The position numbers were made by a program, and so were the translations under genes. A model generated the notes under the pieces. The model did not search any database. It saw nothing but the letters and a program-made list of their open reading frames with translations, and had not been told where the DNA came from. A DNA stretch of 64,000 nucleotides from the human T2T-CHM13v2.0 reference genome, Homo sapiens, in assembly GCF_009914755.1 (NCBI RefSeq), contig NC_060936.1, one strand, 5' to 3'. Below are positions 49,790 to 64,000 of the stretch, piece after piece (the first letter of the stretch is position 1; each line of letters starts with the position of its first letter).

Positions 49790-50302
49790 ATCTTGTAAAA
49801 ACTGCAGTCACCCAGCATCGCTCACCTCTGGGTCACGGCGTTGCTGCTCAGCTCCACAGCCTCATCCCATCTCACGCTGCCGCCGGCTCTCTCTGCTCCA
49901 GCCACGCTGCCCCTAACACAAGTTTTCTCCCATCCCAGACTTGGTACCAACTCTTCTCTCTGCCTAGAGAGTTTCCCCTTCAGTCCTTTCCATGGCTGAC
50001 CCCTGGATCGCAGCTTCAATGTCTCCACCTCCAAAAGGCTTTCCTGGACCTCCCATAGCTAAAGAGCATAGCTCCCTTATTATTCCCCGTTTTACCACCC
50101 TGTTTATTTCCTTGGGAATATGCACCCCAATCTGAAATTATTTTGCTTATTTAATGTTTATAGGCTGTCTCCTTCACTAGATTACACTAGATTACAGACT
50201 CTGGAAGGGCAGAGATCATGTTTCCTCATTAATGCAGGATCCCCAGACCAAGCACCCTGCCTGCTCCATTGTAATAACACAATAAATATCAGTTAAATGA
50301 GT
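49790..50302 (+). mobile_element. L2 3' region
   Basis: ctgctccagccac, ggctttcctggacc, ctggaagggcagagatcatg, caataaatatcagttaaatgag. Confidence 0.75.
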
Positions 50303-50314
50303 GCATTAGAACAA

Positions 50315-50530
50315 CACTAGCATTTATTGAGCACCTTTGTGCTGGAACCGATTTAAGTGCTCTATGCACAATAAATCCTCACAATAATCCTGTCAAGTAG
50401 GTACTATTATTCTCCTTATTTTACAGATGAGGAAATAGAGCCCAGAAATGTTAAGTAATCTGTCCAAGGGCACACAGCTAGTGAAAGAGAGTGTGGACCC
50501 AGATAATCTAGGTTGAAAGTCCATGGTTTC
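50315..50530 (-). mobile_element. MIR
   Basis: catttattgagcac...ttttacagatgaggaaatagag...ccaagggcacacagctag. Confidence 0.85.
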
Positions 50531-51522
50531 AACTAGGGCTGTCTCATAGAAAGGAAGGAGGGAAGGAAGGGAGGAAGGAAGGAAGGGAGGGAGGGAAGAA
50601 GGGACAGAAGGAGAGGAGAGAAGGCGGAAGGATTAAAATAAAGCAAGAGTGAACAAATGAGTATTATACAAGTATTACACAAGTTCAGTATTTCCAAAAG
50701 CAGGGCGGGCTCTACAGGTTCCCTTGAGTCCCGGGATTCTATTATTCAATCGGGTGAAGCTGGCTGGAGCTGCCGTGCATAATGGGCCTTTGCACTCATC
50801 ACACACGTGGGCATTTTACCAATCCCCCCGCCAGACACTGTAAATATTATTACATCCACATCTCACGAGGGAATTGGCGTTTCAAAGTTAGAGTCACGGG
50901 TCTTTTACTGTGTATTGAATCATAGACCCTCCCATGAAACTCAGAGGTCCTTAGGGGAGTAAAAATTCCAGCTTAGCATTTTAAACCCTGCAGTAGTAAC
51001 TGGACTGGTCAATAGGTCTAGACCACGGCCAAGGAGAGCCCTCCAAGGTATCTCATGTCACATCTTGAGTGCAGTCAAATTCATGCGCTCAGCTAATAAT
51101 TCTCTTAGCTCCTCCAGACACTTTTTGGACTGAATTCTGGATAAAGTATGATACATTTTTCATTAGCAATGGTAGAAATTATCAAAACATCATCAGATTA
51201 TGTTACAAATACTAGAATCTCCATGTTTGGGTTTCTTCCAAGTATCTCGAATAATCATGATGGAGATAGGGTGGAGATCACAGTTATATTCGTCCCAGGC
51301 TATTAAAAACTAAATGAATGAAATGGGACATTGACCAAAAGATTCATGACTTCAGTGTCTTCTCCAGGCACTGAGATTCAAAATAATCTCTGCTTTGCTG
51401 TTTATATTTATATCTCTGCATATTTATATTCTCTTCATATTTTCCTGCATTTCTGTGTTTGCTGGTTTTTTTTGTTGTTGGTAAGCATGCTCTAGTTGCT
51501 TTTATAGTCAGAAAAAACTACA

Positions 51523-51818
51523 GCCAGGTGTGGTGGCTCATGCTTGTGATCCCAGCACTTCAGGAGGCCAAGGCAGAGGATCACTTGAGCCCAGGAGCTT
51601 GAGACCAGCCTGGGCAACATGGCAAAACTCTGTCTCTACAGAAAATTTTTAAAATTAGCCTGTCATGGTGGGCCATGCCCATAGTCCCATCTACTCAGGA
51701 GGCTGAGGTGGGAGGATCACTTGAGCCCAGGAGTTCAAGGCTGCAGTGAGCTGTGATCATGCCGCTGCACTCCAGCCTGGGTGACAGAGCCAGACCCTGT
51801 CTCAAAAAAAAAAAAAAA
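51523..51818 (+). mobile_element. AluJ
   Basis: Dimer. Confidence 0.93.
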
Positions 51819-52074
51819 TTACTAAGAAACCTATTCTTGAACAAGTCACCTATGGAAGGGGTTTGATAATCTGGATGTTCATCCATGTTGCAATCTTGCT
51901 ATTCAGTAGCATCCTGAGGTTAAAACAAGGTGGGGAGATTTTGACTGAAGGGTTGAAATCAGAGAGTATGGCTGAATCAAGTTGAAAAGAGACAGAAGCA
52001 ATGCCTGGGGATCAAAAGAGGCAGGGAGTGAAAAAATCAATCCAGAGGTATCAGGGTCCAGGGAGGAAGGAGGG

Positions 52075-52160
52075 CATGGAGCCCTCCCATTTTAAGCTCT
52101 GAAAATCCCACGTCTGGGGAACTCCTCCGTTCTGGACACACCCAGGCAGCTGGTCACCTT
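52075..52160. mobile_element. MER81 fragment
   Basis: ctctgaaaatcccacgtctggggaactcctc...ctggtcacct. Confidence 0.6.
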
Positions 52161-53353
52161 CCCAGGGAGTGGGGATGGGTGGCCATAAAGAGACAGTGAA
52201 CTCAGAAGGCAGCTGTCACCATCCTATGACTTTGGTCTGTCACCTTCACGAACATTCAGAATACTTCAATAAAATGGCCCGTCCGAAAGGCCTGATCTGT
52301 CTCCTTCCCCGAGAGTCCCGGTTCATTTCCTGAGAGATGACTTTATTCTCCATTTGTTTTCGCAGTGGTCTCTTTAAAGTCTCAGCTGTTCCAGGGAGAG
52401 TAAATAGGTTTTAAAATTAATTATCAATTAAAGCGAGGTTAATTGGCACCAGGCTAGTCATCTATTTTGTCTATAACTGAGGCAGTCCGCCCCTCCCCCT
52501 CCCCAGAACCCGGAGACCCACGTCAGGGCCAATAAACCCCAGCAGCCGAAGCCATTCATATGTGATCCGTGGACTCGTGAAAATAATTCTGGTATTTAAG
52601 CAGTACCGTTCCCTTGTCGGAGGGTGAATTCTGTGGCCATTTGGATTTTCCAGTTCATCAGTATGTAAGCGGGCCTTCTAGGTGGGCTTACCAAATTAAA
52701 AAAAAAAAAAAAAGTGTCTTGCAAATATTTTTATTGGCAGAAAGATTTTTCACCAATCTCCACTGCACTTAGGAAAATTACCGCAATAGAGTACATTTGA
52801 GCAGCCGGGTCCCAAGGACGCAGCACATTTATCACTGAGCTTGGATTTCCCCCCTTTAATTAACATCTCGCATCTCTTCTCACAGACTGATTTCATTGAA
52901 GCTCAGTCTGATTTCTTCTAAGCTCCTGAAATGTGATCCTGTGTCTGCCCTTGCCCCTCCCAGGTGGGGAGGAGGCTGAGGTTTGTGTTCATCATGATCC
53001 TTTGCTGAATTCCACGGCTTCATCTGACCTCATCATAAATGAATATTTATGAGAGTCAATAGGGAGCAATTGCAAACTGAGTTCAGCCCAGACAGGTGAG
53101 TACTTGCAACCAAGACAATTACATCATCTGATGTTGGGATGTACGCACATATTAAAATATAGCAAATTATCAACAGGACCCAAGGGGACAGAGGCTAGGT
53201 CTTCTCTGCATTCCATCACTAACCCAGAATACCTTAAAACACATAAAACAGGACTTATAAAAGCCACACGTCATCTGGGTGTCCTGAGAATATCAGTTGA
53301 GGATTTGAAACACAGTGAACCTCTTAGCAGTTAGTGTAGTGTGGTAGCTGTGA

Positions 53354-53805
<452 letters not shown>

Positions 53806-53857
53806 TGGGGCCGAGTATTCTATATTTGTCAAGCACTGTAAACTTAAATCACCTTAC

Positions 53858-54078
53858 CACCAGCCTGGGCAATATAAGAAGACCCTGTTTCTACAAAATA
53901 AATGAATAAAAATTAGCCTGGCATGGTGACACACACCTGTATTCCCAGCTACTCAGGAAGCTGAGGTGGGAGGATCACTTGAGCCTGGGAGGTTGAGGCT
54001 GTAAGTTAGCCATGATCGCCCCACTGCACTGCAGCCTGGGCAACAGAGTGAGACCCTGTCTCAAAGAAAAAAAAAAAA
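53858..54078 (+). mobile_element. 5'-truncated AluJ
   Basis: Starts accagcctgggcaat. Confidence 0.9.
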
Positions 54079-54354
54079 TCAAACCACCTCAGAAACTTGC
54101 TCTCAGCCGCCACATCACACATATGAGACTTGGGTTGGCCCCATTGCACAGAGGAAGATATTGAGGCAAACAGAAAAGGGGACTAAGCAATGTGGGAAAA
54201 GGATCAAGACCACTGGAAAGGCAGGAGGAAAAGCCAAGTTTATGTCCTGACCCAGAGGCTGCAGTTCCTTCTGTTGCTCTTTGCATCTTCCCTTCTTCTT
54301 GTTGAAGCCTATTTCCTTTCCTTCCTCTTCATTTTCTTCTTGCAACTCTTAAAC

Positions 54355-54571
54355 CAATTTTTCTCAACGTCTGCACTGTTGGCATTTGGGGCTGGGTACT
54401 TATTTGGGGAGGGGGCCGTGCTGGGCACCCTAGGGTGTCGAGCAGCATGCCTGGTTGCTACCCTCTAGATGCTAGCAGCAGCCCCCACCCAAGCTGTGAC
54501 AACCAAAAACATCTCCACACATTGCCCAGCGTCCCCAGAGAGGCAAAATCCCCGCTGGTTGAGAACCACTG
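54355..54571. mobile_element. MER20
   Basis: tttctcaac...ctagatgctagcagca...gtgacaaccaaaaacatctcc...gttgagaaccactg. Confidence 0.85.
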
Positions 54572-54802
54572 TCTTAGATCGATCAGCCACAAGGAAAGTT
54601 ATTGGTTCAGCACACTGGGAACCATCAAGCCTAAATCCTGCTCCTCTTTCCTTTCTCCTCGAACCCCAAAAGCTACACATTTGGCTGTCATTTCTGGGTC
54701 CCACACCACCCTCCAGAGTCTCCCCAAGTAATAGTGTCTTTATCTTCCAGTCTCACCTGCTCTCGGATGACACCAGTTTACAACTTTCTCCATAAATTGC
54801 AC

Positions 54803-54930
54803 AACTATATAACTTCTCATCCAACCCAGGGTCCTTCTGAGAGTGCAGGGTCATGCTGTTTAATGATCACACAGAGACAACAGGTGTAAACCAAGACCGT
54901 CCTGGGCAAACGGGGACATATGGTCACCAT
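54803..54930. mobile_element. MER94 (hAT-Blackjack)
   Basis: gacaacaggtgtaaaccaagaccgtcctgggcaaacggggacatatggtcacc. Confidence 0.7.
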
Positions 54931-55102
54931 AACAGAAGCTGCTTCTTAGAAGGGAAGGACACCTTGTTTGTGAGTCTGAAGTCTGACAAGGGGACTCCCC
55001 AATGTCACGTTCAGCTTCCAAGTTTGCACTCCTGGGCTGTGTTTGCCAGATTATTCGGCTGGGAAACAGCTCATCAACGGAGGTAAAAGAAATAGACAAG
55101 CA

Positions 55103-55205
55103 GCTGGGTGCAGTGGCTCACGCCTGTCATCCCAGCACTTTGGGGGACCGAGGCAGGCAGATCACTTGAGGTCAGGGGTTCGAGACCAGCCCTGGCCAAC
55201 ATGGT
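55103..55205 (+). mobile_element. Alu left-arm fragment
   Basis: Truncated at ccaacatggt. Confidence 0.88.
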
Positions 55206-55227
55206 AATAACATGGTAATAAAATAAA

Positions 55228-55530
55228 TTTTGTGTGTGTGTTTGTTTTAAGGCAGGGTCTCACTGTTACCCAGGCTGGAGTGGAGTGGTGCAATCTTGGC
55301 TCACTGTAGCCTTCACCTCCTGGGCTCAAATAATCCTCCCACCTCAGCCTTCTGAGTAGCTGGGACCACAGGCCTGTGCCATCACACCCGACTTATTTTT
55401 TATTTTTTTGTACAGAAGAGTTTTCATCATGTTGCCTAGGCTGGTCTTGAACTCCTGACCTCAAGCAATCCACCCGCTTCAGTCTCCCAAAGTGCTGGGA
55501 TTACAGGTGTGAGACATCGCACCCAGCCAG
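55228..55530 (-). mobile_element. AluJ
   Basis: Antisense dimer. Confidence 0.92.
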
Positions 55531-55554
55531 GACTCGAGTTTTTAAAAAGGAATT

Positions 55555-56390
<836 letters not shown>

Positions 56391-57251
56391 GTAATGAATG
56401 ATTCCAAAGGAAAGTGAGCTAGGGCCGTGTTCAACAGGGAAATGCCAGTTACGTGGTATCTGGATTCTTGTCTTATGTGTTCCTACCCAGCACAGAAGGA
56501 GGGGAGTATAGGGTCTATTACACATGAAATGACACACGTTTAGGTAAAAATACTTTGGGGTTAAGTGGTAGTGTCCCTCTTATGAGAGAAGTTAACCTGT
56601 CCTGGGCTCAAGAAACACGAGTTATCAGCAAGAACCTTGGAAAATAGCATTCTCAATTTCTCAAAACCTACAGTTTTCCCGCCCTGCCTCCCCGTCCCCA
56701 TTTTTTTTAAACCACTCTCTGTACTAACCCGAGACGCTAACAGAAATAGCAACATCCTCTTTGTGTGTCACTGTGTAGTATCCCTGCGGTCTCTTGCTTC
56801 CAACGATTTTCTTGAGACACTATTTTTAAATCCCCTATTAGCAAAAAGGGAAACTGCGTCTTCCACCACAACCTCCCCGCTCTGCCCAGCCCAACCCCCT
56901 GACTCCTCCAAATATGAAAAAACAAGAACAATTTGTTCCGATCTGCCACTGTGAGTTATTAGAAGGAGGCTCAGCTGTCACCTTCTTAATGGGCTTTATG
57001 CAAAGCACTCTCTCCAAGACTGTGCAGTTCAGTGGCCAGGCCTTGCCTCACCAGGGCTCTGAGCAGAATTTGCTGTAAATGGGGTTAATCTATACGATCC
57101 AGGGGATGCATGCCAGATAACTCATAAAAGCAAGAGAATGCAAGATTAGAGAAGCTTGCGGCTTCAGTGTGAACAAAGTGAAGTTGGACTTGGTCAATGA
57201 CTGGGAGACACAGGGAAGAAACTTTGAGAAGCCAAGTGTAGTGGGTTGTGA

Positions 57252-57601
<350 letters not shown>

Positions 57602-58431
57602 AATCAAAAATGTTCTTTATTTACCCTACATTAGGAGATATGAGTGACATGGGTTAACTGATGATTCTGAAGGAGAGAACTATTGAGGTGTGTGTGTGTG
57701 TCTGTGTAAGGGTCTAGAATCAATTTAAGATTTCAGCAAAAGCTAGACACCCTGCCGCCCTATCCACTGAGCCATGAACGCCTGTCTCAAACAGCTGAAG
57801 GTCAGAGCTGGTGAGTCTGGGTAACAAATATTGGCATAGCTTTATTTTGAGCAAAGTCAAGCTACTTCATCTTCCACCATGCTCCTTGGGAAAATATTTT
57901 CTAGGAGCCGAACTATTTTTGGACGCAAAACGAAACCTGCTCATCTCGTTTGGAGTTAAATATGGAGGGAACTAGGAGTGAGCATGTTTCTGTAAATATT
58001 CATTAATTCAACAAAATGGCCTTACTATGGGTAAGGCGCTGCGCTAGTTAGGTCTGGGAATACCAAGAGAAGAGCATTTTGAAATGACACATGTTTAGGT
58101 AAAAATACCTTGTGGTTAAATGCCAGTGTCTCTTGCTCAATTTAGGATAGTGAGTAGCTGAGGGCCTATGGTGGCAAGCTGGGGGTATAACTTTCCCTAG
58201 ATGATGGGAATAGTCTTTTTTGTTTGATGTTACTTCTGCTAACTATGTTTCTCAGAGCAAAAGTAAACATGAAGGGCCAAGGGAGTTCCACAAATATTTG
58301 TTCTTCAGTTAATATTAATGTATGTTCGTGTTTACTTGAATTTTCAAGTGTACTCTGAATTGGTACTGACTGGCCATAAAGAAACGAGCAGCAAAACTGA
58401 TAAGGACAATGAGAAGACAGGTGCTAGTTTC

Positions 58432-58743
58432 CTTTTTCTTTTTTTTTTTTTTTTTTTTTGTTGAGACAGGGTCTCACTCTGTTGCTCAGGCTGCCGTGCA
58501 GTGGTGTGATCATGGCCACTGCAGCCTCAAACTCCTGGGCTCAAGCAATGCTCCCACCTCAGCCTCTGGAGTAGCTGAGACTACAGGCACGTGCCACCAT
58601 GCCTGGCTAATTTTTTTTTTTTTTTTTTGTAGAGGTGGGGTTTCACCATGTTGCCCAAGCTGGTCTTGAACTCCTGGGCTCAAGCGATCCTCCCACCTTG
58701 CCTCACAAAGTGCGGAGATTACAGGTGTGAACCACCTTGGCTG
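58432..58743 (-). mobile_element. AluJ
   Basis: TSD gctagtttc; poly-T linker. Confidence 0.92.
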
Positions 58744-59229
58744 GCTAGTTTCTTTGTAACTCTTTTCAGAGTCCTTAAATGGTGTCCCTGACAATTCTTG
58801 TTTTTGTTTTTTATCTTATTGGCCAATATTACTTAATCCCCAATACTAAAGTCAAAGAGAAGTTAACAATTACAGAGTACTCCTATGTAAGTGCTTTAAA
58901 TTCATGGTCCTTAATTGGCCTCCAAGAGTTCTGTCGTTCCCATTTTACAGGCCCAGGAAACAGAAATGAAATCACTAGCCAAAGGTCAAGTGATTTGAGC
59001 CGGAGCCCGTCTGGCTCTAAAGCTCTCCAGAATTATGCAGATAAATGAAAAGACACACTTCCTCTGAGGAAGCATAGAAATTGGAAAATAAATGAAATCA
59101 GAGTTCGTTTTTCCCAGTGCATTGCAAAATTTTGCTTTCAGATTATTCATCACTTCATAGAGAATAGGGAAGAGGTGGGGCGATGGAGAACTCAAGCATC
59201 CAAAACCACTGTCAGTTGAGGATGACTAT

Positions 59230-59532
59230 TTTTTGTCTTTTTTTTTTTTTAAATATGGAGTCTCGCTCTGTCTCCCAGGCTGGAGTGCAGTAGTGCCATC
59301 TTGGTTGACTGCAACCTCCACCTCCCAGGTTCAAGCAATTCTCCTTCCTCAGCCTCCTGAGTAGCTGGAATTACAGGCACTCGCCACCATGCCCGGCTGA
59401 TTTTTGTATTTTTAATAGAGATGAGGTTTCACCACGTTGGCCAGGCTGGTCTCAAACTCCTGACGTCAAGTGGTCCACCCACCTCGGCCTCCCAAAATGC
59501 TGGGATTATAGGCATGAACCACCACACCCATC
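59230..59532 (-). mobile_element. AluS
   Basis: TSD-like cagtt(g/a)a(g/a)gatga. Confidence 0.93.
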
Positions 59533-59689
59533 CAGTTAAAGATGATTTTGGAATAAGGATGAAGCATCTCTGAAATCATAATGCTGAAAAATTGGAAAAT
59601 ACAATTCAATTTAAAATGTTTGATCTACACCCAGCTTTTAGATTACTCATTCATAGCATAAACTAAAACACATTAGCAAGAAAGGAGGA

Positions 59690-59925
59690 GAGACAGCATG
59701 GTATATGAGAAAGAGGAGGGGCTTTGGAGTCAGATGATGCTGGATTCAAGAACATGTACAAGCTGTGTGACCTTAGGCAAACTGCTTAGCCTTTCTGAGC
59801 TGCAGTGTCCTTGTTTATGAACTGAAGGTAATAACACTCGCTTCAGCAGGGTTATTGTGAAGTTTAAATAGGATACAATACACAATGCACCCATCCCGTG
59901 GGGGATAATTAAGAAATATCAATTT
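59690..59925 (+). mobile_element. MIR, near full length
   Basis: acagcatggtata...ggctttggagtcaga...agctgtgtgaccttaggcaa...gggttattgtgaag. Confidence 0.85.
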
Positions 59926-60043
59926 CCTCCTTTTATCCATTTACTAGATATAAACTTGTTACTGAAGTATCTGAGGCCACTTCTAGGGCTTCAGATTGAG
60001 AATAGTATTGATAGGCTATAAAGGGATTAGCAAATAATCCTAC

Positions 60044-60348
<305 letters not shown>

Positions 60349-60519
60349 GACCCAAAGATGTGTACTTGTGACTCAAATGTGGAGATGTGTCCCTTTGTGG
60401 ATTGGTGCCACAAATGTGCCAACAGACATATGCCTACTTTCTCAAGTCAAAGAATTCTTTCAACACAGCCCTTCATAAATGGAAAACCCGAATGAGTGTT
60501 CAACCTCTAAGTAAGTTTG

Positions 60520-60598
60520 GAAATCCCAACAGAACATCTCCCCTTAGAAATCCCAACAGAACATCTCCCCTTAGAAATCCCAACAGAACATCTCCCCT
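60520..60598. repeat. 27-bp minisatellite x2.9
   Basis: gaaatcccaacagaacatctcccctta repeated perfectly. Confidence 0.97.
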
Positions 60599-61431
60599 GA
60601 GGTTTATAATTCACTTGAATGGCAAACCCTACATGACGACAGAACTCTTTCCACTTAATGCCTATTATTCATCTTAGGAAACTGGTGTCCCAGGATCTCA
60701 CACTGGAAAATGCTGTCTTCAGACCCGCTGAGATCTACTGCATTCCAACAGTATTAAAAGAAAGAAAGAAATGTCTAGCCACTTCTGACTTGACCTTGGC
60801 AATGGGAACTGGTTCCTATTGGCTTTCTCTTTCAAAGTCATTGTACGTCTCACATGCATTCACATTTTAGTTTATTGTACTTAACAAGGGGCAATTTATG
60901 CCCGTTTCAGAATGTGAGAGCTAAATGATTAGACGGGGGAGAGAAATGATATGGCCAAGAATCAAGAGCGTTTCCTGCCGCTAATGTCCACAATGAGGAA
61001 AAAATACGAAGGCTGTGCTTGCTTCAATATGGGCAGATACTAATTTTCCCCACTTAAAATTCCTTAAAAGTTCAAAGGTCCATATTTGGCACATCAAAGA
61101 GGATTTTATTGGGCACACCAGAAGGTTAGTCCTTTCCAAAGAGCCACAGAATCACAAGAGGAAATAAGCATGCAATTTATCACTTTGTCATGACTCAACC
61201 AGGTCCCAATCAACACGCTAAGATCCCTGAAGCCAGCAGGAGCCATTGACTCAATAATCAACAGCAAGAGTCAGGATAGACAATACCAATGGATTTGCAG
61301 AATATTGTCCTACTTGAAATAGCTGTTATCCAGTGTCAATCATAAAGCTGGAACTGCTTTCATGGCGCATGAAAACATTTCGACGCTGTGGTCAGCAAAA
61401 GACACATTTTAGTGTTTATGTCAAAAGACTT

Positions 61432-62031
61432 TGAAAAGCAGAATTCTAGCATGGCTAGCAAGATTCCCAGTCCATACTGTACACATACCTCTCCCAGTTA
61501 CTCAGGCATTAATCTAGGCATTGCTGTGAAGGGATTCTGCAGATGTCATTAAGGTTCCAAATCAGTTGACCTTAAGATACAGAGATGATCTGAGCAGGCC
61601 TGACCTAATCCCGTGAGCCTCTTAAAGCTGAGTCTGGAGATCAGAGACAGAAAAGTCAGAGCTTCAAAGAACAAGGATACAACATGCTGTTGCTGGCTTG
61701 AAGATGAAAGGTTCCATGTAGCAAGGAATGTGGGCAGCCTCTAGGCACTGAGGTTGGCCCCAGATGACAGCCAGTAAGAAAGCAGGGACCTAGGTTCTAC
61801 AGTTACAAGACACTGAATCCCACCACCCGCAGGAATGATCTGGGAATTTTCCCTGGAGGTTCCAGACAAGAACTCGGTCCAGATGACACCTTGATTTCAG
61901 CCTGGTGATACCCTATGCAGAGAACCCAACTACAGCATGTCCGACCTCTAACCTGCAGAACTGTGATCTAATAAGTTGGAGCTGTCTTTAAGCTTCTGGT
62001 CGTTTGTTACACGGCAATAGAAAACAAGTAC
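61432..62031 (+). mobile_element. MLT1E LTR
   Basis: gctgtgaagggattctgcagatgtcattaaggttccaaatcagttgaccttaag...gttacacggcaatagaaaacaagtaca. Confidence 0.85.
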
Positions 62032-62209
62032 AAGCCTTAAGCAACAACTCAGGGATAGTCTGGGAGCACAAGATGATTCTTAAGGAAGAATCGATGCAAT
62101 TGCAGAATGCAATGATTTTTAAGACCCCCTACTGCTTTTGTACGTTCAATATCTCAGCTGACAATTTCTCCTAAGTTCATCAGCATTGAAGTAGAAAACA
62201 GAAGTGGCA

Positions 62210-63295
<1,086 letters not shown>

Positions 63296-63377
63296 AAAAC
63301 AGAAGTAGCAAAGATCTCATGGATGAAGGGATTTTTAAAAAATACATCTATTCTCCATGTTTTATTCCACCCTCCAG

Positions 63378-63670
63378 GTTTTTACTGTGAAAAGTTTCAA
63401 ACATATAGTAAGGTTGAAGAAATGAATCCCTGAATACCTCCTACCCACATTCGACAGTTGTTAATATTTTGCAACATTTGCTTGAATGCTCTCTCATTTT
63501 CTGCCAATGCCCGCCCATACGCAGGGAGTTTGGTTTTTTTTTTTTTTCCTTCAGTGAATCATGTTTGTTCGTCTTGCCCACACCATGAATATAAGTTTTT
63601 TAGTTTTTATTTTGCATTCCCCAAATTATCTAACAATAAACACTGCCATAAACACAGCAATAACCTCTGA
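63378..63670 (-). mobile_element. Old L1M 3' end fragment
   Basis: aaaagtttcaaacatatag...gttgttaatattttgcaacatttgctt. Confidence 0.55.
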
Positions 63671-64000
63671 TAAACAAAAATGAAATGCTTCACTCATCTC
63701 CAGAAACACTACTCACTAGAGCAGCAGTCTTCAAACAGTCTGTAAGTAGCAGAACTCTTCCTTTGATTGGCATAGCATTCAGATGAGCTTCAGTTACCTA
63801 GAAAAACTAACAGTGGTAAGACTTCAATATAGAGAGCTTTGTGCACAGTGAGTGAATCGTAGCTGCTGCTGTTGAGTTGCAAATAAACCAGGTGTTACCA
63901 AAATAGTAAACAAGCAGCTTCAGCTTGGGTATAAGCAGCAGGACAAAAAGGCTTTTGGATTAGGGAAGTTATTTAATGCAGTAAAATTTATGTTTTAGGC

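Noticed and set aside
49084-50058. Longest ORF (324 aa)
   Set aside because: Read-through of a (TTTA)n tail, two antisense Alus and L2; typical Alu peptides ([15 protein letters not shown]); no domain.
60520-60598. CRISPR-like 27-bp direct repeats
   Set aside because: Head-to-tail with no spacers, in a primate genome with no cas genes; it is a minisatellite.

Overview
Primate (most likely human) non-coding genomic DNA from an Alu-dense compartment. It holds about 60 Alu/FLAM/FRAM elements (roughly a quarter of the window), plus MaLR/ERVL LTRs (MST, MLT1, MLT2-like, MER21, MER74, LTR16/33-like), old L1 3' fragments, L2, MIR and hAT MITEs (MER20, MER5, MER45A, MER81, MER94, MER102, MER117). 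I can support no protein-coding gene, RNA gene or CRISPR array: the long ORFs are Alu, (CATC)n or L1 read-throughs. I cannot identify the locus. The signal that standard repeat annotation does not explain is a set of old, short, local copy-paste events. (i) A five-member family of (CATC)n-cored units shares non-microsatellite leader and/or tail sequences (8.5-18.1 kb, direct and inverted). (ii) An inverted copy of an MLT1C/AluJ junction lies inside a TSD-flanked MST LTR 7 kb from its apparent donor. (iii) A 54-bp duplicate lies 1.55 kb from its partner. (iv) Several fold-back or micro-inversion scars sit inside repeats. Repeat-free islands with clustered POU/SOX, homeodomain, CTCF and KLF/SP motifs are candidate enhancers. 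Repeat family and subfamily calls come from recalled consensus sequences, identities are hand counts, and boundaries are about +/-10 bp unless fixed by a TSD. I see no evidence for a new protein-based system.
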